Source: Rhodosorus marinus CCMP1338 (taxonomy: Eukaryota; Plantae; Rhodophyta). Taken from it: a stretch of 64,000 bases of DNA. Made by a program: the position numbers and the translations under genes. The notes beneath the pieces were generated by a model. The model was not told the origin of the DNA, searched no databases, and saw only the letters and a list, made by a program, of their open reading frames with translations. Numbering within the stretch: position 1 is the first letter of the stretch; each line of letters opens with the position of its first letter. Positions 61,925-64,000 of the stretch are shown in pieces. Where the stretch lies: NCBI GenBank assembly GCA_029953675.1, contig JAMWBK010000010.1, positions 62,001-126,000 of the forward strand, read 5' to 3'.

Positions 61925-62982
61925 ATGAGCGTTGGGTTCGTAGGAGGTGTTGGTAGTAGCCATGGTGTTCGTCGACAGGTCAGGTGCTGTACCACACCCG
62001 GAAATAAGCTTCGGGAGACTCTTGCACGGCCTGGTATTCAGCTGATGCCGTGCTGTTTTGATGCTCTCTCGGCAAGACTGATTGAGAGGGCGGGCTTCAA
62101 TTTCACGTTCATGAGCGGATTTTCGAGTGCTGCTGTACATGGGTTGCCAGATACAGGTCTCATGTCTTTCGAAGAAGTTCGGCGTCACCTGCAATACCTA
62201 ACGGAAACAAACAATATCCCCGTAATTTGTGATGGGGATACGGGATATGGAAACGCCCTCAATGTTAAGAGAACCATCCAAGGACTTCATTCAGCGGGCG
62301 CGGCCGGGATCATGATCGAGGACCAAATCTCCCCGAAACGGTGCGGCCACACAAAGGTGAAAGGAGTAGTTTCCTATGACGAAGCAATGATGCGGATGAG
62401 AGCTGCAATCGACGCTCGGGACGCCCATGCCAGCGACCTGGTCATCGTGGCCAGAACTGATGCAGCAAAAGCCATAGGTATTGATGAGGCCATAAAACGG
62501 GCGAACGAGTTCCACAAGATGGGTGCTGAAGTGAGCTTTGTAGAGGCACCAGATTCCGTGGAAGCGATGCAGAGGTAATCTCCGAACGAAAACCGTCGCC
62601 ATTCTCAGCAAAAAGGAACGCTACCGTGATTCCTGAACAGAAAAGCTTTTCTTTACCGAATCCTGCTCAAAATTCACTTCTACATGTACGCTGCCTCAGA
62701 TTGTGCGACGGAATTGATGGATGGACAATGTGCAATTGTCTGGAGATGGGTGCCACACCAATTCTCGAACCCGCTAGGCTTGAAGAGCTTGGGTACAAGA
62801 TCGCGGCGTACCCGCTCACGTTGTTATCGAGCGCAGTCAAGTCAATGGAGGAGGCTCTCGTTGTTCTTCGAGCGGGGGATGTTTCCAAGGTTAAGCCCAT
62901 GCTGAAGGAATTCACCGATCTCCAAGAACTAGTCGGCTTCGACGATTATTTCCGGGAAGAGAAGCTGTACGAGGTCCCGTAG
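61925..62982 (+). CDS. Isocitrate lyase/PEP mutase superfamily enzyme (PrpB/OAH/DMML-like), plastid transit-like N-terminus, one intron
   Basis: CFDALSARLIERAGF, MSGF, DGDTGYGNALN, IEDQISPKRCGH, IVARTDA, FVEAP. N-terminus MSVGFVGGV. Confidence 0.9.
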
Positions 62983-63088
62983 CGGACATGCTCGTACTGA
63001 TTGTAGCGAGTAACCACCTCACGGATATAGCACTTTGGGAGCTTAAAAGATATACAACAAGATTTCAATTCCGTAAAGCTGTCCCATT

Positions 63089-64000
63089 TCAGCTTGGAAG
63101 TACTCTACATCCGAGCGGTGCACCGATTGTAGGTGACAAAGTTAGAGCCAATGGCACACCATTCCTCATTACGGTGACGTTTAGCGAGACCCCATTGTGG
63201 TCTCGCACAGCTCCCGCCATTGCCCTGACAGCCGCAGCCGTCTCGCTGGAGAACGGGGAGGAGGGAGGGGAGAGAGCAGAGCATGTCTCAGTGCACGAGG
63301 GTGATGTACCAGAATCGAGCGGGTGGCGGGGACGTACCTGAATCTCTCCTTGCGAATTCCACCGAAGCTCATTATCAGGTCTCCTTGTTGGAGACCTCCT
63401 GCAGACGCTACCGAATTGGGAGCTACGACGTCCACAGTTGCGAACGGGGGCAGTGAAGCAATCGACCCGTTCGCTTCCTCAGTACGCCCCGTGTTCGAAG
63501 TAGAGACCTCCGGCGTCATCAACATAGGTTGAGATGTGGGGATGAGGGAAACTCGCGTCGTCGACGTTGTTGACGCGTATGATCCAGTCGTTGAATCCGA
63601 GAAAGACGTACTCCCGGAATCCCTAGGAGGTCCCATGTGCGTTGTTCCTGACGGATCTGCCGGAATTGTCTGCAGAGGCCACGGTCAAAAAGCCCAATTC
63701 AATTCGGTGAACTCAGTAAACAGATCCGAATCTTCAGTTTGCTTTTAGTGGAACAACCAGCAAGGTCACTAACCTGATGCAGCGCTCTTTCTATCTGATC
63801 CGTTATCGCCTTGTGATCGTTGTGAAGCTGAATCAGCTTCTGTCGCCATTCACGGACTTGGTGAATGTTGACATCGGCCTTTCAGCAACGACGACAAGCA
63901 AAACGCAAAGGCACGTCAGATGCCGCTCTAGGTATTCCAAGATCTTAGAGAGCATTTTGAACAGATACATACCGACGGATACCCTTCACGGTCCACCAAA
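63089..64000 (-). CDS. PSMD9: 26S proteasome assembly chaperone PSMD9/Nas2 (PDZ domain), 5' end beyond the right edge
   Basis: LVDREGYP, ADVNIHQVREWRQKLIQLHNDHKAI, PFATVDVVAPNSVASAGGLQQGD, VTVMRNG...LTLSP...LGCRVLP. Confidence 0.85.

Noticed and set aside
1-64000. CRISPR arrays, rRNA genes, bacterial operons or contamination
   Set aside because: No repeat-spacer arrays or rRNA were seen, and the bacterial-type genes contain spliceosomal introns.

Overview
Compact, intron-rich eukaryotic nuclear DNA with many short GT-AG introns. It is probably a unicellular red alga, inferred from Phe-containing 'GFV'-type transit peptides, a SHAQKYF-class MYB and organellar bacterial-type genes. About 20 protein genes, one tRNA-Val(AAC) and several transposon relics can be supported. 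Left to right: a Dicer-dimerisation-domain gene running off the left edge, a mitochondrial carrier, a spliced hAT-derived BED-finger gene, organellar IleRS, tRNA-Val, a large PPR protein, a spliced UvrB-UvrC fusion, a Harbinger-like relic plus Myb/SANT gene, SAL1/HAL2, an alpha-carbonic-anhydrase-like protein lacking two Zn ligands, KTI12, PP2C, a SIMPL/DUF541 protein, cyclin H, CAND1, RPS30, RlmN, a MYB, a fossil CRE-like non-LTR retroelement, an ICL/PEP-mutase family enzyme and PSMD9 (off the right edge). The best candidate for an unusual system is the organelle-targeted single-chain UvrB-UvrC. Both nuclease active sites and the helicase motifs are intact, but the UvrA-contact arginines, the UvrC Cys cluster and the C-terminal HhH domain are missing. 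All exon structures were inferred by hand and no database searches were run.
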